A stretch of DNA of 64,000 nt, taken from positions 10,966 through 74,965 of the IMG/VR virus record IMGVR_UViG_3300021963_008193; one strand, written 5' to 3'. This DNA is from a virus. The number at the start of each line of letters is the position of its first letter. Positions within the stretch are counted from its first letter, which is position 1. Shown in pieces: positions 51,870 to 61,677 of this stretch. The notes under the pieces were generated by a model that was not told where the DNA came from, did not search any database, and worked only from the letters and a program-made list of their open reading frames with translations. The position numbers and the translations under genes were made by a program.

Positions 51870-52759
51870 AAAATACAAAACTAGTTACATCGTTTTACAC
51901 CGAAATAGACGGACACCCATTTTACGGACATGCCGAGCAATCAAGACACGAAAGATATTTACATTCTATGAGAGTTCTAAATAACATGGGGATTGAGATT
52001 GTCTGTTATTGCAATGATACTCAATTAGAGTTATTAACAGAGTATGTAAGTGAATTCAATCTAAATAACATTACATTAAAAGTTTCTAATTTATCTGATT
52101 CACTATTTGCTAGTCGAATGAAAGATATTAAAGAAAAAACTAATAATTTTAAATTTTATCATGAAGTTGATTGGAACAAACTTTTTTTATTAGAAAAGGA
52201 ATATGATGAAAGTTATGACTATCTGTATTGGATTGATGCTGGGTTATCTCACCATGGAATATTTCCTAAAAAATATAATCCGAATTCTCATTTGGCAACA
52301 GGGATGTCAAGTGACTTTAACACATATTCATTTACAAATCTGTTTACTAAGGAATTATTCGGAGGAATAAATAACTTTGTCGGAGACAAATTACTTAGTT
52401 TAGACAATGAATTAAAATTCCATAACATTTACGAACTAAATGAAGTTCTTGAGGGTAATTTTACATTTGATTCATTATCCGTTGGGGGAATAATCGGAGG
52501 TCATGTGAGTAAGATTAAATGGTTAATTGATAAGTTTAATTTAATGGGTGAGAAGTCGTTAAGTAAAAATGTAATTTTAAATCACGAAGCAATAATTTCA
52601 TTTATCAAGGAAGAAACCCCTGAGAATTTCGAAAGATTTATTTTCCAAACATGGTATCATGAAGATACTGAAGGTATGGATGATTATATAATAAAAGAAC
52701 AAATACACTTTAGTCATTTTTTTGATATGATTAATGAAAAACATATAACAAATAATTAA
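51866..52759 (+). CDS. HtrL/YibB-like putative glycosyltransferase
   Basis: TKLVTSFY, K.FLL, YWIDAGL and GGIIGG motifs. Confidence 0.7.
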   Translation: MKNTKLVTSFYTEIDGHPFYGHAEQSRHERYLHSMRVLNNMGIEIVCYCNDTQLELLTEYVSEFNLNNITLKVSNLSDSLFASRMKDIKEKTNNFKFYHEVDWNKLFLLEKEYDESYDYLYWIDAGLSHHGIFPKKYNPNSHLATGMSSDFNTYSFTNLFTKELFGGINNFVGDKLLSLDNELKFHNIYELNEVLEGNFTFDSLSVGGIIGGHVSKIKWLIDKFNLMGEKSLSKNVILNHEAIISFIKEETPENFERFIFQTWYHEDTEGMDDYIIKEQIHFSHFFDMINEKHITNN

Positions 52760-52760
52760 C

Positions 52761-55133
52761 ATGGATAATTTTTTTGATAAGTCATTACATTTTTTAGGGA
52801 AAACTAACAATACCATAACCGCATTAAACATTGGGTCAATGGACGGTGTGATGTTCGATGAAATGATTGGGTATACTCAAATGTATAATTTTAAAGTTCT
52901 ATATGTTGAACCAATACCTTATTTATTTGACAGATTAAAAAGTAATATTGGTGACGGAGGGTTATTTGAAAATAGTGCAATATCTGACTACGATGGTGAG
53001 ATTGAGATGATGACAATTGATAGAGAAGTTATTGATAGTGGTTTAGTTCACAGTTGTTTTTATGGTATGAGTGCCGTTTATCCCCCGAAAAATGGTTTAG
53101 GTAGTGAATTTGATAAACCTACCGTTGAGAAGTATGGTAAGTTGGTTAAGGTCCCATGTATCACATTTGATACATTGATGAATAAACATAACTTAAATGA
53201 TTTTGATATTGTCAAAATTGATGCTGAAGGACACGACTTCAAAATTTTTAAACAGATTGACTTAAAAAAATACACCCCAAAAGTGGTAAGGTTAGAATGG
53301 ATTAATTTATCTGAACAAGAACAGTCAGAAATAATTGAAATCTTTAATTCTAACAATTTTATTTATGAGATATCAGGTCAAGATATTGTTGGTTTACCAA
53401 AAGATTTTTATGATGAAATAAATTCATTGACATCACCTAAAAATATAAAACAAAATACAGGGGTCACTTTAGTTACAGGTTTATGGGATTTGGGTAGAGG
53501 TGAACTAACTGAAGGATGGTCAAGGTCATATGAAAATCATTATTTAACTAAATTTAGTGAACTATTAAAGACAGAAAATAACCTCATCATTTTTGGGGAT
53601 TCTGAATTAGAAGAATTTGTGTGGGAAAGAAGAGAAGCGTCTAATACCCAATTTATTAACAGAAATTTAGGATGGTTCAAAAATAATGAATTTTATGAAA
53701 ATATCCAAACAATTAGACTAAACTCTGATTGGTATAATAGGGTGGGTTGGTTAAAAGAATCGGCACAAGCAAGATTAGAATTCTATAACCCACTCGTCAT
53801 GTGTAAAATGTTTTTATTACATGATGCAAAAATCTTAGATAAATTCAATTCGGATTACATGTTTTGGATTGATGCTGGATTAACCAATACTGTTAATTCA
53901 GGTTATTTTACACATGATAAAGTTATTGATAAGCTGCCTAACCTTATTAATAAGTTTACATTTATTACATTCCCTTATGAAACAACTTCTGAAATACATG
54001 GGTTTGAGTTTAATAAAATATGTGAGTTTGCGGGTGACAAAGTTAATAAAGTTGCAAGAGGAGGGTTCTTTGGTGGACCTAAAAATACTATAACAGAAAC
54101 TAACAATTTATATTACCAATTATTAAACACAACATTATCAAGTGGATATATGGGAACTGAAGAAAGTATCTTTAGTATTATGATATACAAATACCCTATG
54201 TTATTTGATTATTCGGAAATTGAGGGTAATGGTTTAGTTTGGTTATTTTTTGAAAAACTTAAAAATGGTAAGATAAATCTTAAAAATGAATTAAGTGGTG
54301 ATGAGGTTATTCGAATTAAAGATATGACTAAAGTAGGATTATATGTTATAGGGTTTAATAGTCCAAAACAATTTGAGACTTTATTGTTCTCAATGAAAAA
54401 ATATGATTCAAATTTTTTAGATAAACCTAAAAAATATCTATTAGATAATTCAACAGACTTATCGACAACTGAAAAATATTTAGAACTTTGTAAGGAACAT
54501 AATTTTGAACACATTAAAAAAGATAACTTAGGAATTTGTGGTGGTAGACAATTTATTGCCGAACACTTTGATAAAACAGATTTAGAATATATGTATTTTT
54601 TTGAGGATGATATGTTCTTCTACTCAAAACAAGGTGATGTTTGTAGAAACGGGTTTAACCGATATGTCGATAACCTTTATAGTAAATCACTTTCAATAAT
54701 TGACAAGGAAAATTTAGATTTTTTAAAGCTAAACTTCAGTGAATTTTATGGTGATAATTCAACTCAATGGAGTTGGTATAATGTACCACAAGTTGTTAGA
54801 GAAGAAATATGGCCAAATAATAAAAAACTACCTGTACAAGGATTGGACCCTAATGCCCCAAGAACAAAATTCGAAAGTATTAAATCACATCAAGGGATAC
54901 CGTATTCAATAGGTGAGGTCTACTATTGTAATTGGCCTCAGATAGTTTCAAAAGAAGGTAATCGTAAAATGTTTTTAGAAACGACATGGGGACATCCGTT
55001 TGAACAGACATGGATGAGTCACATATACCAAGAAACAATCAAAGGTAAAATCAAATCAGGTATATTATTATTAACTCCAACAGAACATGATAGATTCGAT
55101 TTTTACGAGAGTTCGTTAAGAAAAGAAAGTTAA
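52761..55133 (+). CDS. Triple fusion: FkbM methyltransferase + HtrL-like GT + GT-A domain
   Basis: IGSMDG, YVEP, KIDAEG.D; then TLVTGLWD, FWIDAGL, GGFFGG, GTEES; then LLDNS, NLGICGGR, FFEDD. Confidence 0.82.
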   Translation: MDNFFDKSLHFLGKTNNTITALNIGSMDGVMFDEMIGYTQMYNFKVLYVEPIPYLFDRLKSNIGDGGLFENSAISDYDGEIEMMTIDREVIDSGLVHSCFYGMSAVYPPKNGLGSEFDKPTVEKYGKLVKVPCITFDTLMNKHNLNDFDIVKIDAEGHDFKIFKQIDLKKYTPKVVRLEWINLSEQEQSEIIEIFNSNNFIYEISGQDIVGLPKDFYDEINSLTSPKNIKQNTGVTLVTGLWDLGRGELTEGWSRSYENHYLTKFSELLKTENNLIIFGDSELEEFVWERREASNTQFINRNLGWFKNNEFYENIQTIRLNSDWYNRVGWLKESAQARLEFYNPLVMCKMFLLHDAKILDKFNSDYMFWIDAGLTNTVNSGYFTHDKVIDKLPNLINKFTFITFPYETTSEIHGFEFNKICEFAGDKVNKVARGGFFGGPKNTITETNNLYYQLLNTTLSSGYMGTEESIFSIMIYKYPMLFDYSEIEGNGLVWLFFEKLKNGKINLKNELSGDEVIRIKDMTKVGLYVIGFNSPKQFETLLFSMKKYDSNFLDKPKKYLLDNSTDLSTTEKYLELCKEHNFEHIKKDNLGICGGRQFIAEHFDKTDLEYMYFFEDDMFFYSKQGDVCRNGFNRYVDNLYSKSLSIIDKENLDFLKLNFSEFYGDNSTQWSWYNVPQVVREEIWPNNKKLPVQGLDPNAPRTKFESIKSHQGIPYSIGEVYYCNWPQIVSKEGNRKMFLETTWGHPFEQTWMSHIYQETIKGKIKSGILLLTPTEHDRFDFYESSLRKES

Positions 55134-55180
55134 TACGTTTATTTTATCGATTTCCAACTATTTATTATTAAAAATAATAG

Positions 55181-55741
55181 ATGGAGTTTTATATCAAAAA
55201 AAACGCAACCTTACCTATAATTAAATTACAGGTTGTTAAAGACGGAAGAAGTGAATACAACAATTTTATGAATTTGATTGAGGTATCCGCTTTGTTCTTT
55301 TCTATGGTTGATGTTGAGACGGGTATACCAAAAATAACATCTAGACCTGCAGGATTTGTCGAGAAATTATTTGATGAACCAAACGCCGAACCTGAGTATT
55401 ACATATATTACCAATTTACGAATAGAGATACCAGTAAAGTTGGTAGATATGAAGGACAATTTATGTTAAGAAGTGATGACGGAACTTTAATTTTACCTAT
55501 CCGTGAAAAACTTTATATTAATGTCCAAGAATCGTTCATTGCGGATGACTTAGAATACGAAACTTGTTATACTTCAGAATTCCCTTGTTGTGTTAATGGA
55601 CCATTTGTAACTCAAACAACTACAACTCCGTGCCCAAGTTGTCCAACATGTCCCCCACCAACTCCGACACCTTTACCTACAACCACCACCACAACCTCTA
55701 TATTCTCTACAACAACAACGACTACTCTTTTTATTGGTTAA
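55181..55741 (+). CDS. Putative structural protein (BppU-N-like Ig fold) with Cys/Pro/Thr tail
   Basis: F.IK.N.TLP and YQF...DT...G.Y.GQF pattern; TATTTAT upstream. Confidence 0.5.
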   Translation: MEFYIKKNATLPIIKLQVVKDGRSEYNNFMNLIEVSALFFSMVDVETGIPKITSRPAGFVEKLFDEPNAEPEYYIYYQFTNRDTSKVGRYEGQFMLRSDDGTLILPIREKLYINVQESFIADDLEYETCYTSEFPCCVNGPFVTQTTTTPCPSCPTCPPPTPTPLPTTTTTTSIFSTTTTTTLFIG

Positions 55742-55742
55742 A

Positions 55743-55773
55743 TTGATTTATTTAAACAACTTCATTATACTTA
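55743..55773 (+). promoter_or_regulatory. Host-type promoter of the DNA polymerase gene
   Basis: TTG, 20 nt, TATACTTA. Confidence 0.55.
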
Positions 55774-55833
55774 TAACGGTAAGGTAAACCCCATTCTTTA
55801 TGGGAGCTAATAAACCAACTAAAATAATTTATA

Positions 55834-58623
55834 ATGATAAGTCAAGAAGAAATCAAATCCTTCCTTGAAGGTGGTGACCCAGAAGAGTTCATCGTAGCAA
55901 TTGAGTTTGACTATGTGTCCAATTGCATTTTTAAAATAAAAGAAATTCCTGGTAAAGGTAAAGAAATTAGAAAAGACACATTCACTCCATTTGCTTGGGT
56001 TGGTGATTTACGTGGTTTAAATTTCTATCAATCTTCGAAAGGAGCTCAAAAAGAAGCCATGACTAAACATGGTATCATGATTGAAAAATTAGAAACTGAT
56101 GGTAATAGTCGGTTAGACCAAGGACTTAACTTTATGGTTAAATCCCTAAAAGGTTATCGAGAATTAATACAATTTTTTAGAGAGGGTGGTGTCGACCCAT
56201 GGGGTGAAAACACCAAGGACAAAATTCTAATTCTACCACCTGTAGAACAATACCTCATCCAAAAAGAAAAACGACTATTCAAAGGATATGAAGAATATAA
56301 TGATATCACGAGATTAGGATTCGACTTAGAGACGACCGCGTTAGAACCAAAAGACGGTCGTATATTCATGATTGGAATTAAAACAAATAAAGGTTACAAA
56401 AAAGTTATTGAGTGTTCAACACCTGAAGAAGAACGAAGAGGTTTAGTTGAGTTCTTTGAGGTCATTAATGAACTTAAACCAAGTATCATAGGTGGATATA
56501 ACTCATTCAACTTCGACTGGTATTGGATTTTTGAAAGATGTCGGGCACTGAATTTAGATATTAAAAAGGTTTGTAAAACTCTGAACCCTAAGATTAATAT
56601 CAAACAAAGTGAGAATATGTTAAAATTAGCCAATGAGGTTGAGAGATATAATCAGGTTGGTATGTGGGGTTATAATATCATCGATATTATCCACTCTGTT
56701 AGACGTGCACAAGCAATCAATTCAAGTATTAAATCTGCGGGTTTGAAGTATATTACACAATATATTAACGCCGAAGCTAAAGACCGTGTTTATATTGACC
56801 ACGATAAAATTGGTTCAATGTATGCTGAAAAAGATGAGTTTTGGTTAAATGTTGAAAACGGTAAATACAAAAAAGCCGATAAACCTGAATTTGACAATTT
56901 AGATACCCGTTTTCCTGGAGTTTATATAAAGACAACAGGTGATGATATCGTTGAGAGATATCTTGACGATGACTTAGAGGAAACATTATTGGTAGATGAG
57001 GAATTCAACCAAGGAACGTTTCTACTAGCATCCATGATTCCAACAACATACGAGAGAGTTTCTACAATGGGAACCGCAACCTTATGGAAGATGTTGATGT
57101 TAGCTTGGTCATACAAATACAAATTAGCAATCCCTAAGAAAAACGAAAAGACAGAATTTGTTGGTGGGTTATCAAGATTACTTAAAGTAGGTTATTCAAG
57201 AAATGTATTAAAACTTGACTACTCTTCACTATATCCATCTATTCAGTTAGTTCATGATGTATTCCCTGAATGTGATATCCGAGGTGCGATGAAAGGAATG
57301 TTATCTTACTTCCGTAATGCTCGTATCATGTATAAAAACTTGGCGGCCGAGTGGTACGATAAAGATAAAAAGAAATCGTTATCATATGACCGTAAACAGT
57401 TACCGATTAAGATTTTCATTAACTCCATGTTCGGGGCGTTATCCGCACCACAAGTATTTGCATGGGGTGATATGTATATGGGGGAACAGATTACATGTAC
57501 AGGACGACAATATCTTCGTCAGATGATTAAGTTCTTTATGAAGAAAGGTTACACCCCTCTTGTAATGGATACCGATGGTGTCAACTTCTCTAAACCTGAG
57601 GGTTGGAAAAATAGACGATACATTGGTAAGGGTCTGAATTGGAAAGTTAAAGAGGGTAAAGAATATACAGGTGATGATGCGGACGTTGCGGAATTTAATG
57701 ACCTGTTCATGAGAGGTGAAATGGCGTTAGATACTGATGGTACTTGGCCGTCATGTATTAATTTGGCTCGTAAGAACTATGCAGTTATGGAGGCAAGTGG
57801 TAAAATTAAATTAACGGGTAATACCATCAAATCTAAAAAACTTCCATTATATATTGAGGACTTCTTAGACAAAGGGGTGAAACAATTACTTGAGGGTAAA
57901 GGTCAGGAATTTGTGGAATGGTATTATGAATATATCGATAAGATTTATACTCTACAAATCCCACTTATGAAGATTGCTCAAAGAGCAAAAGTAAAACTAT
58001 CAATGGAGGATTACATTAAACGCTCAACCCAAAAAACAAAATCAGGTGGTGCGATGAGTATGATGGCACATATGGAACTTGCCGCAAAGAATAAATTAAA
58101 TGTGAGTTTGGGTGACGTAATCTATTATGTAAATAACGGAACAAAGGCGTCCCAAGGTGATGTACAAAAAGTTAATAAACTTAAAAGAGGTTGGAGTTCG
58201 GAACAACTACAATATTATTTTTCAGACCATGGGAAGTACCCTGACGACTCTATGACATCAATGGTTCAGATTAACTGTTATATATTGGACCCATCAGAGA
58301 TTGAGAATAATCCTGATATGAAAGGTGAATACAATGTTGCAAGAGCAATAACGACTTTCAATAAACGTATCGAACCTTTATTAGTAGTTTTTAAAGAGGA
58401 AATTAGAGATGGGTTATTGGTAACAAAACCTGAGGACAGAAGTTTCTTTACTAAAGTTCAGTGTGAATTAATTAATGGCGTTCCTTTTGAGGAAAAAGAC
58501 CAAGATAAATTAGAAGAGGTATTAGCTCTTTCTGATGGTGAAGTTAGATATTGGGAGAAAAGAGGGATTGACCCTGATTATATATATGAGTTAGCATCTG
58601 AAGGGTGGGAAGAGTTTGTTTAA
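55834..58623 (+). CDS. Family B DNA polymerase
   Basis: Exonuclease motifs FDLET and GYNSFNFDW; polymerase motifs DYSSLYPS, KIFINSMFG, MDTDG and KNYA. Confidence 0.96.
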   Translation: MISQEEIKSFLEGGDPEEFIVAIEFDYVSNCIFKIKEIPGKGKEIRKDTFTPFAWVGDLRGLNFYQSSKGAQKEAMTKHGIMIEKLETDGNSRLDQGLNFMVKSLKGYRELIQFFREGGVDPWGENTKDKILILPPVEQYLIQKEKRLFKGYEEYNDITRLGFDLETTALEPKDGRIFMIGIKTNKGYKKVIECSTPEEERRGLVEFFEVINELKPSIIGGYNSFNFDWYWIFERCRALNLDIKKVCKTLNPKINIKQSENMLKLANEVERYNQVGMWGYNIIDIIHSVRRAQAINSSIKSAGLKYITQYINAEAKDRVYIDHDKIGSMYAEKDEFWLNVENGKYKKADKPEFDNLDTRFPGVYIKTTGDDIVERYLDDDLEETLLVDEEFNQGTFLLASMIPTTYERVSTMGTATLWKMLMLAWSYKYKLAIPKKNEKTEFVGGLSRLLKVGYSRNVLKLDYSSLYPSIQLVHDVFPECDIRGAMKGMLSYFRNARIMYKNLAAEWYDKDKKKSLSYDRKQLPIKIFINSMFGALSAPQVFAWGDMYMGEQITCTGRQYLRQMIKFFMKKGYTPLVMDTDGVNFSKPEGWKNRRYIGKGLNWKVKEGKEYTGDDADVAEFNDLFMRGEMALDTDGTWPSCINLARKNYAVMEASGKIKLTGNTIKSKKLPLYIEDFLDKGVKQLLEGKGQEFVEWYYEYIDKIYTLQIPLMKIAQRAKVKLSMEDYIKRSTQKTKSGGAMSMMAHMELAAKNKLNVSLGDVIYYVNNGTKASQGDVQKVNKLKRGWSSEQLQYYFSDHGKYPDDSMTSMVQINCYILDPSEIENNPDMKGEYNVARAITTFNKRIEPLLVVFKEEIRDGLLVTKPEDRSFFTKVQCELINGVPFEEKDQDKLEEVLALSDGEVRYWEKRGIDPDYIYELASEGWEEFV

Positions 58624-58973
58624 TCAAACTTTATCCCATCTGATGAGGTGATTAACCAAGTATCCTCAACAAATTGTAAATGGACACAAGCTCCCTTCTC
58701 TAAGTGGAGCTCATCCCATTCATCATCAATTTTATTTACATCAGGTTTGATTAAGGTTTTAGTTAAAGATTTTACAAGAACATAAATATTTTTAGTAGAA
58801 TCTAAAATAACTTCAGAATTCTCAGGGTCTCTAACCACAATAAAAATCTCCTCACTAAGTCTTTGTTCTTTAGGTTGGGGGATTACTTTGTTGTCCACAA
58901 CAACTACTGTTGGGTTCATTCTTGTTTGATACCTTACTACATTTTTTCTCGGTGTAAAATTAACTGTTCTCAT
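58620..58973 (-). CDS. Hypothetical protein
   Basis: 117 aa; coupled to the neck gene. Confidence 0.55.
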   Translation of the reverse strand: MRTVNFTPRKNVVRYQTRMNPTVVVVDNKVIPQPKEQRLSEEIFIVVRDPENSEVILDSTKNIYVLVKSLTKTLIKPDVNKIDDEWDELHLEKGACVHLQFVEDTWLITSSDGIKFD

Positions 58974-60100
58974 TATATTACGTATATTTGTCTCGGCATT
59001 GCCGTAAACTTCTTTTGTTTGTTCAAATTTTCTGCTAGTAACGCCTCACGTTCCATAACTTTCTCAGGTTTTAATCTTGTAAGACGACCTTCAGCACCGA
59101 TTAGTTCCTCAATCAATTTAGTTTTTTCGTCTTTAGCTTCAGTTGCTAATGATTGATAATCCATAGTTAATTCACTATCAGGTGTTTTAATATTACCACT
59201 AAATTTACCTCTAACTCTTGATAACGTTTCTTTAGCGTACGCAAAGAACCATCTACGAATCCATATTTGTGATGGGTTATTTAAATCAACCCACGAAATT
59301 TTTTCAAAAGGGACATCGGAAGGTAATTTAATAATGTCAGGATTATCTTTTAAACACTTGTCTCTGTCAGCACCTTCGACTTCATAATAATGATACCAAA
59401 CTCTACCTTTTGTCATTGTTCCATTACCAAAATCAAATTTACCACCTGGTGTATTCATTAAATGAATCGCTTTTTTACCGTCAGGTAATGCGGTAATTTT
59501 ATAAGTCAAATCTCCCGCAATAATACGTCTTTGAATATTGATTTCTTGCATTCTCAATAACATATCAAAAGCGGGCATCATAAAATATCCACCAGCCATA
59601 CCTGCACCTTGAGCGAGTCCTCCTCCACCACCAAGTCCACCACCTGCACCTAAGGCTCCGAAAGACCAAGGGTCGAACATAATGTTATTTAATGTTGCGG
59701 GCGAAAACCATAATAATTCGTTAACTTCTCTACCCGCAGGTATTTCATATGATTGTTGATTTCTAACTAATTGGATATAATCTTTCTTTAATACTGAATC
59801 ACCCCCTGCTTGTAAACCAACAATTTTGGAGTACGCATAAGTGTATCGTTCTTCATAAGTTAAACTTTTAGTTATAAAGGCTTTAGATAATGATTGAGTA
59901 TCCAAATTAAGATTATAAAGAGAGGTCCATTGAGATTCAATTAACCAATCTTGTATGTATTGGGAGTAGTCTTCAATAGATAACTCAAGTAACGAGTCTA
60001 ACATCTCATCTTCAAGTTCAACACTTCTAAGAGGTGCTCCTAGTAGGTGTCGTAATCTTGTGTAAAGTTGACTTCTTTCTGGTTCTGCAATAATTGACAT
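58973..60100 (-). CDS. Neck/head-completion protein (gp13-like)
   Basis: LLGAP...VEL...D; W.RR...A.AKE.L..VRGKF motifs. Confidence 0.8.
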   Translation of the reverse strand: MSIIAEPERSQLYTRLRHLLGAPLRSVELEDEMLDSLLELSIEDYSQYIQDWLIESQWTSLYNLNLDTQSLSKAFITKSLTYEERYTYAYSKIVGLQAGGDSVLKKDYIQLVRNQQSYEIPAGREVNELLWFSPATLNNIMFDPWSFGALGAGGGLGGGGGLAQGAGMAGGYFMMPAFDMLLRMQEINIQRRIIAGDLTYKITALPDGKKAIHLMNTPGGKFDFGNGTMTKGRVWYHYYEVEGADRDKCLKDNPDIIKLPSDVPFEKISWVDLNNPSQIWIRRWFFAYAKETLSRVRGKFSGNIKTPDSELTMDYQSLATEAKDEKTKLIEELIGAEGRLTRLKPEKVMEREALLAENLNKQKKFTAMPRQIYVI

Positions 60101-60122
60101 GTTTTGTTTTTCTATATAAATA

Positions 60123-61661
60123 TCAATTTAATGTATAAATTAAATCTTCCTCAGGGAAAACATATGACCCACCAACAATCTTTGTATTTTTATTAGTGAA
60201 TACTAAGACCTCTTTATTTTTTCTTGCGAATATCATCCAAGAAGTGTGGTATTTTTTAACCTGACCCGTATCTAAAACAATTATTGTTCCTTTATCTTTT
60301 TTAATACGACTAAATGGTTTTATCTGAGATGAATTCTCAATACCATCAACTGTTACCTTACAGTCAACACCCCCTAACATATCTTCTTTATTTCCTAACT
60401 CACCAATTTGTTCGACATTATCATTACCAAATTCTTTTTTCAAAACTTTAACCGCATAATCTTCGGTTTCCCCTCCCATTCCATGAGTCACTCCTAATGT
60501 TGCCATTAGGTTTTGAAAAGTTCCTGATTGAGGATTAAAAATTCTATCTTTATAGTCATTTAATTTCTTAACAAATTTTTTAGTTTCACTAATTTGTTCA
60601 AAAGGTTTTAATCCGATTATTTTAATTTCAGGTTCACCTTGGTGTTTCAAAACTTTATTAATATCGGTTAACAAAATACAGAAACAAGTATAATTCGTGT
60701 TAAGTTTATTAATCACAGACCTACCAGGACCCTCAAAATCATAAATACCCGACATTTGACCTTCACCATACTCGTTAGCTTCATAAAAATTATCAGGGAA
60801 AACAGATTTTAGTATTGCCTCAATACCGTATCTAAAAGTAAACTTAACTTTACTGTTGATGTTAAATACAAAACGAATTGCTTCATTCATTTCTCGACTA
60901 CATTTTTCAGATTTACCTTCAGAAAGAACACTTCGTAACTCAGTAGTCTCATTCATTTTTTTCTTAACTCGTAAATCAACCAATTCGTTAACAAATTTCC
61001 AATTTACACATTTCCAAAAGTTTTTAATGTATTCATCTTTTTTATTACGGTACTTTAAATAATAAGCGTGTTCCCATAGGTCTAACCCTAATACAGGGTA
61101 TCCACCATTTTCAACAACATTCATTAATGGATTATCTTGATTTGGTGTTGATATAATTTTTAAAGTGTTTTGTTTAGTTAGAACTAACCAAACCCATCCC
61201 GAACCAAAACGTTCTTTGGCAACCTCCTCGAATTTAACTTTAAACTTTTGGAAGGTCCCAAAATTCTTTTTAATTAATTCTAAAATCTCACCCGATGGGG
61301 TTTGTGTTTTTGGGGATAACATTTTCCAAAACAATGCGTGGTTGAACGCTCCCCCAGCGTTATTCCTTATTATTTTACTAAATTTACCAATTGATTTAAT
61401 AATCTCTTCTAACTCTAAATCACCATAATCTTTTTTGGATAACGCAGAATTTAATTTCTCAACATAACCTTTATAGTGTTTATTATAATGGTACTCCATT
61501 GTTTCAGCATCAATAAATTGTTTTAATGATGAGTAGGCGTAAGGTAACTTTTCAATACCTATTTTTTTCATTTCTGTTAGAAAGAGAGATTGGTTTTCTT
61601 TTTTCTCTTCAACGACTAACTGTTCTGTAATTAAGTTAATCTTCTCTTCTATTTTTTTCAT
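60123..61661 (-). CDS. Fe/Mn superoxide dismutase fused to a C-terminal PD-(D/E)xK-like domain
   Basis: LPYAY..L, HYNKH, GG.FNH.LFW, FGSGW.WL, NQDNP and DLWEHAYY motifs; C-terminal G.ETE...D...GVD....QIK. Confidence 0.85.
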   Translation of the reverse strand: MKKIEEKINLITEQLVVEEKKENQSLFLTEMKKIGIEKLPYAYSSLKQFIDAETMEYHYNKHYKGYVEKLNSALSKKDYGDLELEEIIKSIGKFSKIIRNNAGGAFNHALFWKMLSPKTQTPSGEILELIKKNFGTFQKFKVKFEEVAKERFGSGWVWLVLTKQNTLKIISTPNQDNPLMNVVENGGYPVLGLDLWEHAYYLKYRNKKDEYIKNFWKCVNWKFVNELVDLRVKKKMNETTELRSVLSEGKSEKCSREMNEAIRFVFNINSKVKFTFRYGIEAILKSVFPDNFYEANEYGEGQMSGIYDFEGPGRSVINKLNTNYTCFCILLTDINKVLKHQGEPEIKIIGLKPFEQISETKKFVKKLNDYKDRIFNPQSGTFQNLMATLGVTHGMGGETEDYAVKVLKKEFGNDNVEQIGELGNKEDMLGGVDCKVTVDGIENSSQIKPFSRIKKDKGTIIVLDTGQVKKYHTSWMIFARKNKEVLVFTNKNTKIVGGSYVFPEEDLIYTLN

Positions 61662-61677
61662 ATCTATAAATATGAAA

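Noticed and set aside
44517-55133. Eukaryotic or giant-virus origin suggested by mucin, GT60 and papain domains
   Set aside because: The surrounding gp21/gp23/gp13/gp55-like genes, bS21 and Bacteroidota promoters indicate a tailed bacteriophage, and the same late motif runs through the region.
55834-58623. Intein or intron in the DNA polymerase
   Set aside because: Motifs are in order at normal length; no intein termini or homing-endonuclease motif seen.
358-61428. Other short ORFs nested in or antisense to long genes
   Set aside because: They overlap well-supported genes and have no motifs or leaders of their own.
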